Positions 1-9,848 of a stretch of DNA of 64,000 nt are shown in pieces; position 1 is the first letter of the stretch; every line of letters begins with the position of its first letter. The notes beneath the pieces were generated by a model. That model worked only from the letters and a program-made list of their open reading frames with translations. It did not search any database and was not told where the DNA came from. The stretch comes from Kiloniellales bacterium (GTDB taxonomy: Bacteria > Pseudomonadota > Alphaproteobacteria > Kiloniellales > J153). The stretch spans positions 12,553-76,552 of the forward strand of contig DASWJP010000099.1 in NCBI GenBank assembly GCA_036397065.1. The letters are read 5' to 3'. The position numbers were made by a program, and so were the translations under genes.

Positions 1-744
1 CAGGTAATAAAGCGGCAGAATGGCCGCCGCCAGCCACTGCCCGTGTGCCGCCGTGATCAGCAAGAGCCAGCCGAGAACGAAGCCGAGCGGGATGCTGCCG
101 ACATCGCCGAGGAAGATCCGGGCCGGCGCCCAATTCCAGGCCAGGAAACCGAGCGCCGCCGCCGCCAGCAGCGCCGGCATGGCCACCTGGGGCGCCGCCA
201 GCCCGGCCAGCCAGGCTACCAGTGCCAGGCCCATACCCAGCGCTGCGGTCTCGACTCCGGTGATCCCGTCGATGCCGTCCATGAAGTTGAAAAGATTGAT
301 AAACCAAAGCCATAGAAGGGCCGTGGCCAGCCGATCGAAGAGCCACGGCAGCGCGCCCTGGAACACCAGCCCCGCATCCGGAAAGGACAGCAGCGCCACC
401 GCCACCGCCATAATCTGAGCCGCCAGGCGGGCCGCCACCGGCAGGCTGCCCCGCACATCGTCAAGCCACGAGATCACCGCGAGAACGGCCACACCGGCCA
501 TGACGGGGGGAAAGCCCGGCGGCGCGCTGCCCAGCCAGGCGGCCGCCGCCGCCCAGGCCAGACTCACGACAACCATCAATCCCAGTCCGCCGCCACGCGG
601 CAATGGCGTGGCATGACTGCTGCGGGCGTTGGGCCGGTCGAGCACCGCATGGCACAGAAGCATTTGCCGGACCCAGCCGACGGCGGCCCAGGACAACACA
701 GCCGTCACGACACAGGCCAGGATGAGAAGGACAAATCCGGGCAC
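1..744 (-). CDS. MraY/WecA-family polyprenyl-phosphate N-acetylhexosamine-1-phosphate transferase (glycosyltransferase family 4); 3' end runs off the window
   Basis: Not in the ORF track because there is no stop inside the window. Hand translation of the minus strand from GTG at 744 gives LDRPNARSSHATPLPRGGGLG, NFMDGIDGITG and IFLGDVGSIPLGF. The frame stays open to nt 1. The start lies 5 nt after the stop of the upstream glycosyltransferase. Confidence 0.8.
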   Translation of the reverse strand, partial: MPGFVLLILACVVTAVLSWAAVGWVRQMLLCHAVLDRPNARSSHATPLPRGGGLGLMVVVSLAWAAAAAWLGSAPPGFPPVMAGVAVLAVISWLDDVRGSLPVAARLAAQIMAVAVALLSFPDAGLVFQGALPWLFDRLATALLWLWFINLFNFMDGIDGITGVETAALGMGLALVAWLAGLAAPQVAMPALLAAAALGFLAWNWAPARIFLGDVGSIPLGFVLGWLLLITAAHGQWLAAAILPLYYL

Positions 745-749
745 GCGCT

Positions 750-1904
750 CTACCTTTCGGCCATCGACGGACGTGGTTCAAGGCCCAGCACCGTCATTTG
801 CCGGTTCAGCACCTGGGCCTCGTCGAACAGCGCCTGGGCACGCCGGGTGCCGGCCCGGCCCATGCTGTCCCGTAAATCCGGATCATCCACCAGCCGGTTC
901 AGTGCCGCGGCGAGGGCGCGGGCATCGCGGACCGGGACCAGAAAGCCGGTTTCTCCATCGGCCACTTCCTCGCGGCAGCCGCGAATATCCGTGGCAACCA
1001 CCGGCAATCCGCTGGCCATGGCCTCGATGATACTGCGCGGCATTCCCTCCCGATAGGAGGGCAGCACGAACACGTCGGCGGCCGATAACAGCGCCGGCAC
1101 ATCGTCCCGCCGGCCCAGCAAGGAAATTTTCCCCCCAAGAACGGGATCATCCGCGATGTCCTTGAGCACAGACGCCAACGCACCGGCATGGTCGCTGGGC
1201 AGTCGTTCGCCGATCACCCAAAGCTTCGCCTCCACATGACGCATGGCCTCGAACAGCTCGGTAAATCCCTTTTCCTTGACCAACCGGCCGATGGTGACGA
1301 TGACGCGATCCGCCGGCCCGGCGCCAAGCGCGCGCCGAAGGCGTAAGCGATCTTGCTCGCCCGCCTCTGCGGACGGTTGAAAAATCCTGAGATCGACACC
1401 GTTGCCGATCACGTCGATGGTGCCCCGGCAGAGGCGATACCGTCGCGCGGACTCCGCATCCTCGGCCGATTGCGTCATGAGAATATCGGTGCACCGGCCT
1501 GCGAGCCATTCGGCGGCGATGAATACGAGTCGCAGAGGATACGGCATGTTGTCGTGGAAATAGAACCCGTGCGCCGTATAGGCCACCGTCGGCACGCCGG
1601 CCGCCACCGCCGCAAACCGGGCGACAAGAGAAACGCTTGGCGTGTGCACATGAACCATATCGAAACGCTCGCGGCGAAAAATCCGTACCAGCGCGATAAA
1701 GGCTTTGATATGGGCCACGGGCGATAGCCGCCTGGCCGATGGGATGTTCTCGAACCGAAAGCCTTCGGCACGCAAGGGATTGAGCATCGGTCCATCGGCG
1801 CAAATGCCGACGACCTCATGACCGGACGTGCGAAGCGCGTGAAGCAGCGGTCCAAGCAGCCGGTACATGGTGAAGTCGACGGCGCAAAGTTCGCAGATTT
1901 TCAT
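750..1904 (-). CDS. Glycosyltransferase, GT-B fold (family 4 / group 1)
   Basis: ORF track 750..1991. The conserved part begins MKICELCAVDF (ATG at 1904). C-terminal signature EGMPRSIIEAMASGLPVVATD. Confidence 0.85.
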   Translation of the reverse strand: MKICELCAVDFTMYRLLGPLLHALRTSGHEVVGICADGPMLNPLRAEGFRFENIPSARRLSPVAHIKAFIALVRIFRRERFDMVHVHTPSVSLVARFAAVAAGVPTVAYTAHGFYFHDNMPYPLRLVFIAAEWLAGRCTDILMTQSAEDAESARRYRLCRGTIDVIGNGVDLRIFQPSAEAGEQDRLRLRRALGAGPADRVIVTIGRLVKEKGFTELFEAMRHVEAKLWVIGERLPSDHAGALASVLKDIADDPVLGGKISLLGRRDDVPALLSAADVFVLPSYREGMPRSIIEAMASGLPVVATDIRGCREEVADGETGFLVPVRDARALAAALNRLVDDPDLRDSMGRAGTRRAQALFDEAQVLNRQMTVLGLEPRPSMAER

Positions 1905-2060
1905 AGCAGTGCCCGCGGTCGCCCGTTCGGGACGCTCGCCATTCGTGGGAAAGTCATCTGGACCGCGCGCGCGCCAATACAGTGCCTGCAATCAGCATGG
2001 GCGCCGGTCCGCGCAATTGCATGTGACGCCCAGGGACTCTGTTGATATATCAAACCGGGA

Positions 2061-3476
2061 ATGCCTGCCAGCGTAGGTATGGCTGGCCAACGGCGTTATC
2101 TTCTGCTGTGTTGGCACGGGTTTTGGCTTGGGTGGAGCATACAGTTTCTTGAGGGGGCGATCTCGGCAAAATCCGTGACAGCAGCCACCGTGTTCTCGGC
2201 GTACCGGATTCTCAGCCGCGCCGCCGGGCCCCTCATCCGCGCCCACCTGCGCCGCCGCGCGGCGGGCGGGCGCGAGGATCTGTTGCGCCTGGGCGAACGC
2301 TTCGGCCACGCCGGCTCCGTGCGGCCGCCGGGCAGCCTGGTGTGGATTCACGCCGCCAGTGTCGGCGAATCGGTTTCCGCCCTGCCGATCGTCGAGCGCA
2401 TCCGGCGCGACTGGCCGGCCCTCACCGTCCTGATTACCACCGGCACCGTCACGTCGGCCAAGCTGATGACCGAGCGTCTGCCCCTCGGCGTGTTGCATCA
2501 GTACGCGCCGGTGGATTTGCCGGGCGCCGTGCGCGGTTTTCTCGACCATTGGCGGCCGGCCCTGGGCATGGTCATCGAGTCCGAGCTTTGGCCGAACCTG
2601 TTGAGCCGGGCCAAGGCACAGGGCGTCCGCCTGGCCCTGGTGAACGGCCGCATGTCGGCATCCTCGTTTGCCGGATGGCGGCGATTTCGGCCCGTCGCCG
2701 CGCGGTTGCTGAGCCTGTTCGATGTGATCCTGGCGCAAACGGAGGAGGACCGGGCGCGTTTCCAGGAGCTCGGCGCCCGGGACGCACGGTGCCTCGGCAA
2801 CCTGAAATTCGCTGCAGCCGCCTTGTCCGCCGATGCCGGGCATCTGCGCGAACTGCGGGCGGCACTGGGCGAGAGGCCCCGCTGGCTCGCCGCCTCGACC
2901 CATCCCGGCGAGGAAGACATGATCGCCAGGGTTCACGCCAAGCTGGCGCCGCGCCACCCCGGTTTGCTCACCATGATCGCTCCACGCCATCCGAACCGTG
3001 GCCCCGGCATCGCGGCGCGGTTGCGGGTCTCTGGGCACACCGTGGCCAGGCGGGGCGCCGGTGAGACCCCATCGGCGGCGGCGGGTATCTACGTGGTGGA
3101 TACCATGGGCGAGATGGGCTTGTGGTACCGGTTGTCCGATATCGTCTTTGTCGGCGGCTCCCTGGTGCCCAGCGGTGGCCACAACCTGATCGAGCCGGCC
3201 CGCCTCGGCTGCGCCGTGGTCAGCGGCCCGCACACCAGCAATTTCCGCCGCATGGCCGAGGGCATGATGGGCGCCCAGGCGATACGGCGCGTGCACGATG
3301 ACGCCGAGCTGGCTGTCACCATCGGAGAGCTTCTGGAGGACGCCACGGCGCGGAAGCAATTGGCTGCGGCCGCCGCCGCCTTTGCCGAAGCCGAAGCCGG
3401 AGTCCTCGACGCTATCGTCGCAGCCCTGGCGCCGCTTCTCGACCGGGCGGCTCAGTCCGGCAGGGTATCCGGCTGA
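2061..3476 (+). CDS. waaA: 3-deoxy-D-manno-octulosonic acid (Kdo) transferase
   Basis: WIHAASVGESVSALPIVERI motif and overall KdtA-like sequence. The true start may be the in-frame GTG at 2175 (VTAATVFSAYRIL...). Confidence 0.9.
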   Translation: MPASVGMAGQRRYLLLCWHGFWLGWSIQFLEGAISAKSVTAATVFSAYRILSRAAGPLIRAHLRRRAAGGREDLLRLGERFGHAGSVRPPGSLVWIHAASVGESVSALPIVERIRRDWPALTVLITTGTVTSAKLMTERLPLGVLHQYAPVDLPGAVRGFLDHWRPALGMVIESELWPNLLSRAKAQGVRLALVNGRMSASSFAGWRRFRPVAARLLSLFDVILAQTEEDRARFQELGARDARCLGNLKFAAAALSADAGHLRELRAALGERPRWLAASTHPGEEDMIARVHAKLAPRHPGLLTMIAPRHPNRGPGIAARLRVSGHTVARRGAGETPSAAAGIYVVDTMGEMGLWYRLSDIVFVGGSLVPSGGHNLIEPARLGCAVVSGPHTSNFRRMAEGMMGAQAIRRVHDDAELAVTIGELLEDATARKQLAAAAAAFAEAEAGVLDAIVAALAPLLDRAAQSGRVSG

Positions 3477-4360
3477 GTCCCAAGGCGGGCCGGCGGGTTC
3501 AACCGCTCGATCTCCAGCAGAATGGCGCTGTGGTCGTAGCCGGCGCCGCCGTGATCCACCACGGCCTGGAAGAGTTTGCGCACCTCATCGGCCAGCGGCA
3601 AGGTCAGACCGGACTCCTTGGCCACCACCGCGACGTTGTTGAGATCCTTCAGATGCATGCGCGCCGGGCCGCCGGGCAGAAACCGCCGGTCGAGCATGCG
3701 CTGGCCGTGGATCTGCAGGATCAGGCTGTCGGCGAAGCCGCCCAGCAAGGCCTGCCGGACCGCGGCCGGATCGGCGCCGCCGCGCTCCGCCAGCAACAGG
3801 CCCTCCGCCACCGCGCCGATGGCCAGGGCGACGATCACCTGGTTGGCCAGCTTGGCGACCTGGCCGGCGCCGGGCGGGCCGACATGGGTCGGCCGCCCCA
3901 AGCACGCCAGCACCGCGCTGCCACGCGCGTAGTCCGCCTCGGTGCCGCCCACCATGATGGCCAGACTGGCCTTCTCGGCGCCGCTCGGCCCGCCCGAGAC
4001 CGGCGAATCGAGATGGCCGATGCCGACCGCCGCCAGGCGTTGCGCATGGTCGCGGGCCCGTGCCGGCTCGATCGAGCTGGTATCGATCACCAGGCCGCCG
4101 CGCGGCATGGCTTCGGCCACCCCATCGCGAAACAGCATGTCCCCCACGGCCGCGCCATCGGCCAGCATGGTGAACACCACATCGGCCGCCTTGGCCGCCG
4201 CCGCCGAGGTTTCGGCAACCGTCGCACCACCTTCGGCAAGCGGCTTGGTCTTAGCGACCGTGCGATTCCAAACGGTCACGGCATAGCCGGCCTTGAGCAG
4301 ATTGGCGGCCATGGGCGCACCCATGATCCCGATGCCGAGAAACGCGATGCGCGGCTTCAT
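3452..4360 (-). CDS. NAD(P)-dependent 3-hydroxyisobutyrate dehydrogenase / 2-hydroxy-3-oxopropionate reductase family oxidoreductase
   Basis: N-terminal Rossmann motif IAFLGIGIMGAPMAANLLKAGYAVTVWNRT; 302 aa. The 3' end overlaps waaA convergently by 25 nt. Confidence 0.85.
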   Translation of the reverse strand: MKPRIAFLGIGIMGAPMAANLLKAGYAVTVWNRTVAKTKPLAEGGATVAETSAAAAKAADVVFTMLADGAAVGDMLFRDGVAEAMPRGGLVIDTSSIEPARARDHAQRLAAVGIGHLDSPVSGGPSGAEKASLAIMVGGTEADYARGSAVLACLGRPTHVGPPGAGQVAKLANQVIVALAIGAVAEGLLLAERGGADPAAVRQALLGGFADSLILQIHGQRMLDRRFLPGGPARMHLKDLNNVAVVAKESGLTLPLADEVRKLFQAVVDHGGAGYDHSAILLEIERLNPPARLGTQPDTLPD

Positions 4361-4529
4361 TGATCTCGCGACTCCGTCCGATGTGAATACCTGTTGCGGT
4401 ATCTTAGGCCGCGCGTGCCGCCACGCCGAGGATTAATCGGCGCGGCAGGTTATTCCGTCAGGAGACAAGGGTTCAGCACTCACCCCATCGTGATTCGCCA
4501 TGGCGGGGCGCGGCCCGGATAGTGTTTCT

Positions 4530-5519
4530 ATGCGCAGGCGACACAGATGGGGCCGCGGCGGCTGGCTCGCGGCGGTTTTGGTCTTTGGTTTCACCGGAAC
4601 CGCACAGGCTGGCCCCGAGGAATGGGCCGCGGCCTGGCCGAAGACGGATTTCTCCAAGACCGCGGTTGATTTTTCCGAAATCCTCAGCGGCGGCCCACCC
4701 AAGGACGGCATTCCATCCATCGACGATCCCAAGTTCGCGGCCGTCTCCGCGATCACCGATCTGGCCGCGACCGAGCCGGTGGTCGGTCTGACCGTCAACG
4801 GCGATGCCCGCGCCTATCCGCTGCGCATTCTCACGTGGCACGAAATCGTCAACGATGTGGTCGGCGGTGTGCCGGTGATCGTCACCTATTGCCCGCTATG
4901 CAACTCCGCCATCGTCTATGACCGGCGCGTGGATGGCCGGGCTGTCGAGTTCGGCACCACCGGCAAGCTGCGGCATTCCGACTTGGTGATGTACGACCGG
5001 GAGACGGAAAGCTGGTGGCAGCAGTTCCTGGGCGAGGCCATCATCGGCGTGCGCGCCGGCACCCGGCTGACCGCCCTGCCGGCGCGGTTGGAATCGTGGG
5101 AGAAATTCAAAAGCCGCCACCCGGACGGCCAGGTCCTGATCCCCGATAATCCGGAAATGCGCGCCTATGGCGCCAACCCTTATGTCGGTTACGACGGCGC
5201 CGCCGCGCCTTTCCTCTATGCCGGCGCCATGCCGGTGGGAATCGAGCCCATGGCCCGTGTGGTGGCGGTCGGCGACCAGGCGTGGTCCTTGGAACTGCTG
5301 CGCCGGGAGAAGCGGATCGAAAGCGGCGATCTGGTGCTGACCTGGGAGGCCGGGCAGAACTCCGCCCTCGATACCCGCGCCATCGCCCAGGGCCGCGACG
5401 TGGGCAACGTGCTGGTGCAACGAATGGGCGCCGGCGGCCTGGCGGACATCCCTTACGACGTGACCTTCGCCTTCGTCTTCAACGCTTTCCATCCGCAGGG
5501 CACTCTGCACAAGGACTAG
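4530..5519 (+). CDS. DUF3179 domain protein, secreted
   Basis: Signal-peptide-like MRRRHRWGRGGWLAAVLVFGFTGTAQA. Motifs DGIPSIDDPKF, TYCPLCNSAIVYDR and GTTGKLRHSDLVMYDRETESWWQQ. Confidence 0.8.
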   Translation: MRRRHRWGRGGWLAAVLVFGFTGTAQAGPEEWAAAWPKTDFSKTAVDFSEILSGGPPKDGIPSIDDPKFAAVSAITDLAATEPVVGLTVNGDARAYPLRILTWHEIVNDVVGGVPVIVTYCPLCNSAIVYDRRVDGRAVEFGTTGKLRHSDLVMYDRETESWWQQFLGEAIIGVRAGTRLTALPARLESWEKFKSRHPDGQVLIPDNPEMRAYGANPYVGYDGAAAPFLYAGAMPVGIEPMARVVAVGDQAWSLELLRREKRIESGDLVLTWEAGQNSALDTRAIAQGRDVGNVLVQRMGAGGLADIPYDVTFAFVFNAFHPQGTLHKD

Positions 5520-5680
5520 ACTCGGCCAATTCTCCACAATTGGCGCTGGCCCTCTCGCGGACGCCGGACTAATCTGCCCGTCCTGAACGCAAGGGCGGGT
5601 CCTTTGCGACTCGGCGGCGCCCTCCCCGTGCTGCCATGGGGGTGATCCTTTTCGGCCACGGCCCAATATCTCAACAATAT

Positions 5681-7066
5681 ATGAGCGGTTTCATGACCGA
5701 GAGCGAAGCAATCGCCGAGATTGCGCGGCTCGATCTCAAACGGATCGAATGCGCCGTATCCGACTTCACCAGCATCCCGCGCGGCAAGATTCTGGGCACC
5801 GATCTGTTCCTGTCGCGCCGCGAGGTGCGCATGGCGTCGTTCCTGGTCGGTATTACCGTGACCTGCAACGAGCCGGACCGGATGTATACCCACTTCGTGC
5901 CGCGCACCATGCCGGACATCCGCTATGTCCCGGATTGGCGGACCTTCGCCGTCGACCCCCTCGCCCAGGTGCCGACCGGCACCGTGCTGTGCGATGCCAC
6001 GGGTTCGTTCGACTCTCCCCTTGGCGAGACAATGGACTGCGCGGGCCTGTTGCCCAGGACCATATTGAAACGCATTCTGCAGCGCCTTTCGGACGCGGGA
6101 TATACGTCGCGCGTCGCACCCGAGCTTGAGTTCGCCTTGGTCGCCGTCACGGACCATGGGCCTTCGAGAACCTTGCGGCCGGCGCCCGGCCGCGCGGGCA
6201 AACTCGCGCACGAAGAACCCACCGCCGAATCGCTTTCCCTGGAGGCGGCGCATGGCCAGGCGCCCTATTTCGATGCGATGTGGGCGGCGTGCGAGCAGTT
6301 GCGCATTCCCATCACCGGCTTTGCCCACGAGGCAACGGCCGGACAGTACGAAGTCAATTTCGCCCCCGGCGAGCCGCTGGCCCAGGCAGATGCGGTGTTC
6401 CGCTTCAAGAACCTGGCGCGCGAGCTGGGCCGCCGGCATGGCTTCACGGCGACCTTCCTGGCCAAGCCGTATCCGAATGATACGGGCTCCGGCATGCATT
6501 GGCATCTGAGCCTGCAGGACAAGGCCGGCAACAATCCGTTTGCCACCAAGAAAGGACAGCCCTCCGATGCGATGCGTCATTTCATCGGTGGCTGGCAGCG
6601 GAGCATTCGCGGGGCGGCGGCGATTTATGCGCCGTATGCCAATTCCTATTTCCGTTTTCTCGACCCCGATGCGTCGCCGTCCAGCGCCGATTGGAGCGGC
6701 GACAACCGCGCCGTGGCTTTCCGCATACCGGACAGCGATGCGGCCAACCTCCGGCTGGAAAACCGGCTGCCCGGCGCTGATATCAATCCCTATCTGCTCC
6801 TGGCCGTTATGCTGGGCGCGGGGTTGGAGGGCCTGCGCCAAGGCTTGGACCCGACCGAGCCCATCGTTGGCCTTCCCGGCAAGGGAACCGGTCCGAAACT
6901 TCCCATGTCCTTGCCGGAAGCGCTCGATGCCTTGGAGACATGCCCGATCCTCGCGTCCGTTCTCGGACAGCCGTTCATCGATCTCTACGGCATGGTGAAG
7001 CGCGCCGAGGTCATCGAGCAGGAGGATCCGGCCTTTACCCTGCGCACTCTGCTAACGCGGGCATGA
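5681..7066 (+). CDS. Glutamine synthetase family protein (gamma-glutamyl-amine synthetase-like)
   Basis: GSGMHWHLSL, NRAVAFRIP and ENRLPGADINPYL motifs. The start is ambiguous (ATG at 5636, 5681 or 5693). Confidence 0.8.
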   Translation: MSGFMTESEAIAEIARLDLKRIECAVSDFTSIPRGKILGTDLFLSRREVRMASFLVGITVTCNEPDRMYTHFVPRTMPDIRYVPDWRTFAVDPLAQVPTGTVLCDATGSFDSPLGETMDCAGLLPRTILKRILQRLSDAGYTSRVAPELEFALVAVTDHGPSRTLRPAPGRAGKLAHEEPTAESLSLEAAHGQAPYFDAMWAACEQLRIPITGFAHEATAGQYEVNFAPGEPLAQADAVFRFKNLARELGRRHGFTATFLAKPYPNDTGSGMHWHLSLQDKAGNNPFATKKGQPSDAMRHFIGGWQRSIRGAAAIYAPYANSYFRFLDPDASPSSADWSGDNRAVAFRIPDSDAANLRLENRLPGADINPYLLLAVMLGAGLEGLRQGLDPTEPIVGLPGKGTGPKLPMSLPEALDALETCPILASVLGQPFIDLYGMVKRAEVIEQEDPAFTLRTLLTRA

Positions 7067-7076
7067 CGGTTCGAGC

Positions 7077-8138
7077 CTAGGCGGCATCCTGCAGGCCACC
7101 GGCGGCGCGCACCTCGTCCAATGCCCGGAGGATCACCTCCGGCCCGGCGTTGGGGAGGCGTGCGGTTTCGCTCAAGGTGCGCCGCCAGGCCCGCGCCCCC
7201 GGCAGACCGTTAAACAGGCCGAGGATGTGCCGTGTGATGCGGATCGGCGGCACCCCGGCGGCGTGTTGCGCCGTCAGGTAGGGGAGCAGGCCCTCGGCCA
7301 CCGCCTCGCGGCTGGGCACCGGCTGGGTCGCGCCGAAGAACCGGCGGTCGACCTCGGCCAGGAAATACGGGTTTTCATAGGCGGCGCGGCCGATCATGAC
7401 GCCATCGACCCGGCTCAGGTGATGCGCCGCCGCGTCCAGATCGGTGATGCCGCCGTTGATGACGATCTCCAGGTCCGGCAAGGCGTCCTTCAGCCGATAG
7501 ACCATCTCGTAGCGCAGGGGCGGCACCTCCCGGTTCTGGCGCGGGCTCAGGCCCTTCAGCCACGCCTTGCGGGCATGGACGATCAGGCTGGCGCACCCGG
7601 CACCGGCGACACGGACGGCAAAATCGTGCAGTTCGACAAAGGATTCGCGGTCGTCGATACCGATGCGGCATTTCACCGTCACCGGCAATGGCGCCGCCTG
7701 GTGCATGGCCGCGACGCAGGCGGCGACCAGCGCCGGCTCCGCCATCAAACAGGCGCCAAAGCGGGCGTTTTGCACCCGGTCGCTGGGGCAGCCGGCATTC
7801 AGGTTGATCTCGTCATAGCCGCGCGCGGCGGCAATGCGGGCACAGTCGGCCAACGCCGCCGGATCGGCACCGCCCACCTGCAGAGCCACCGGATGCTCGG
7901 CCGGATCGAAGTCCAGCAGATCGGCGCGCCGGCCGCGGACGATGGCACCGGTGGGGATCATCTCGCTGTACAGCAGGGCGCGGCGGCTGATCAGGCGCAG
8001 GAACACCCGGTCGTGCCGGTCCGTGCGCTCCATCATGGGGGCGATGCAGACCCGGCGGCTCAAGCCGGCCGACTCCGCCGGCTTGCCGCCCCGGCCGGTC
8101 ATCGCCGGTTTCGCTCTGCCCATTTCTTCCAACTGCAT
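7077..8138 (-). CDS. dusA: tRNA-dihydrouridine synthase A
   Basis: CIAPMMERTDRHDRVFLRLISRRALLYSEM and VTVKCRIGIDD motifs. Start uncertain (three in-frame ATG near the 5' end). Confidence 0.9.
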   Translation of the reverse strand: MQLEEMGRAKPAMTGRGGKPAESAGLSRRVCIAPMMERTDRHDRVFLRLISRRALLYSEMIPTGAIVRGRRADLLDFDPAEHPVALQVGGADPAALADCARIAAARGYDEINLNAGCPSDRVQNARFGACLMAEPALVAACVAAMHQAAPLPVTVKCRIGIDDRESFVELHDFAVRVAGAGCASLIVHARKAWLKGLSPRQNREVPPLRYEMVYRLKDALPDLEIVINGGITDLDAAAHHLSRVDGVMIGRAAYENPYFLAEVDRRFFGATQPVPSREAVAEGLLPYLTAQHAAGVPPIRITRHILGLFNGLPGARAWRRTLSETARLPNAGPEVILRALDEVRAAGGLQDAA

Positions 8139-8286
8139 CCGCCAAGCCTCCGGACCCTAAGGTCTTGTGCCACCACGTCCAATACCCCTTCGCCCGGCAA
8201 ATTGCCAGGTCCGAGACGGATAGGGTTAAGCAATCGGAAACACCCCTGGGGCAATAATCGGCAACAACAACCTTAGGTAGATAATC

Positions 8287-9741
8287 GTGCCTGCATTGCT
8301 AGCATCTGCATCGCGCCTTGACCAATCCGCCGATCCGGCCGCCGAAGCGACGCCAACCAGGCCGCGGGTCCTTCTGGTCGAGGATAGCGAAGATCTGGCG
8401 TGGGTCTATCGCCGCTATCTGCGGGACGAATCGATCACCTTGGAGCACGCCCCCACGGGTGCCGAAGCGATGGCCGCCCTCGATGCCGGCCCGCCCGCCG
8501 CGGTTCTCTTGGATCTCAACCTGCCGGATATGGGGGGATTGCAGATCCTGCAGCGGATCGTCGACACCGGCATGCCCACCTCCGTCCTGGTCATCACCGG
8601 GCAGGGCGATGTGGACACCGCCGTGTCGGCCATGCGCGCCGGCGCCTACGATTTCATGAACAAGCCGGTGCCGCAGGAGCGGCTGCTCATCACCTTGCGC
8701 AATGCCATCGAACGGCAGCGGCTGTCGCATCTGGTCGAGAGTTATCGCCGCGATTTCGCCCGCGACCGGTTCCAGGGGCTCATCGGCGCGTCCCTGCCCA
8801 TGCAGGCGGTCTATCGAATCATCGAAAGTGCCGCCAGCAGCACCGCCACGGTCTTCATCACCGGTGAGAGCGGCACGGGAAAGGAGGTGTGCGCCCAGGC
8901 CATCCACGCCTGTTCGCCGCGCCGGGACAAACCATTCATCGTCCTCAATTGCAGTGCCATCCCGCGCGAGTTGATGGAAAGCGAGATCTTCGGCCACGTG
9001 AAGGGTGCCTTCACCGGCGCCGTGCAGGCGCGGTTGGGCGCCGCCCGGGCGGCCGATGGCGGCACCCTGTTTCTCGACGAAGTGTGCGAGATGGATATCG
9101 GCCTGCAGGCCAAGCTGCTGCGCTTCGCCCAGTCGGCCACCATCAACCCAGTCGGCGCGGACAAGACCGAGCGGGTCGATGTGCGTCTGATCTGCGCCAG
9201 CAACCGCGATCCCTTGCAGGCCGTTGAAGCCGGCCAGTTCCGCGAGGACTTATACTACCGTCTGCACGTGATCCCGGTATCCTTGCCGCCCTTGCGCGAG
9301 CGGGACGATGACGTGCTGCTTCTAGCCCACCATTTCCTGACCGCCTACGCCCAAGAGGAAGGCAAGGCCTTTGCCTCATTCGAACCGGCCGTGGCGGCGG
9401 CGATACTGGCCGATCGATGGCCGGGCAACGTGCGCCAGTTGCAGAATGTGCTGCGCAACATCGTTGTCCTCCACACCGGGACCGAGGTGCGGGTGAGCAT
9501 GTTGCCACCGCACCTGACCGCCCACGTGGTCACCCAGCTTTCCCGGCCCGAGAACGCCAATCGGCAGGCACCCATCGGCCCGCCGGCGATTCGCCCCCTT
9601 TGGCAGACCGAGCGGGATCTCATCGAGGATGCCATTGCCCGGTGCGGCGGCAACATCGACAAGGCAGCGGCACAGCTGCACATCAATCCCTCGACCATCT
9701 ACCGCAAACGCACGGCGTGGGCGCGCCGCACCGGGTCCTGA
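8287..9741 (+). CDS. Sigma-54-dependent response regulator (receiver + AAA+ + Fis-type HTH), LuxO/NtrC-like
   Basis: Receiver domain (VLLVEDSED...LLDLNLPDMGG). Walker A GESGTGKEVCAQAIH. ESEIFGHVKGAFTGA. C-terminal HTH AAAQLHINPSTIYRKR. GTG start. Confidence 0.9.
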   Translation: MPALLASASRLDQSADPAAEATPTRPRVLLVEDSEDLAWVYRRYLRDESITLEHAPTGAEAMAALDAGPPAAVLLDLNLPDMGGLQILQRIVDTGMPTSVLVITGQGDVDTAVSAMRAGAYDFMNKPVPQERLLITLRNAIERQRLSHLVESYRRDFARDRFQGLIGASLPMQAVYRIIESAASSTATVFITGESGTGKEVCAQAIHACSPRRDKPFIVLNCSAIPRELMESEIFGHVKGAFTGAVQARLGAARAADGGTLFLDEVCEMDIGLQAKLLRFAQSATINPVGADKTERVDVRLICASNRDPLQAVEAGQFREDLYYRLHVIPVSLPPLRERDDDVLLLAHHFLTAYAQEEGKAFASFEPAVAAAILADRWPGNVRQLQNVLRNIVVLHTGTEVRVSMLPPHLTAHVVTQLSRPENANRQAPIGPPAIRPLWQTERDLIEDAIARCGGNIDKAAAQLHINPSTIYRKRTAWARRTGS

Positions 9742-9848
9742 CCCGCCGGCCGCGGAACGCCTAACCCCTATTGCCGCCGCCGCGGGGTAAGGCTAGGTTT
9801 GCCGCCCTCGGGGCCAGCGAGCCGAAAAACGGGTGGGCAGGAGCGGCA

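Noticed and set aside
2112-2127. Sigma-54 promoter-like TGGCACGGGTTTTGGC
   Set aside because: The GG-to-GC spacing is one nucleotide too long; read at the correct spacing, the conserved C is a G. It also lies inside the probable waaA coding region.
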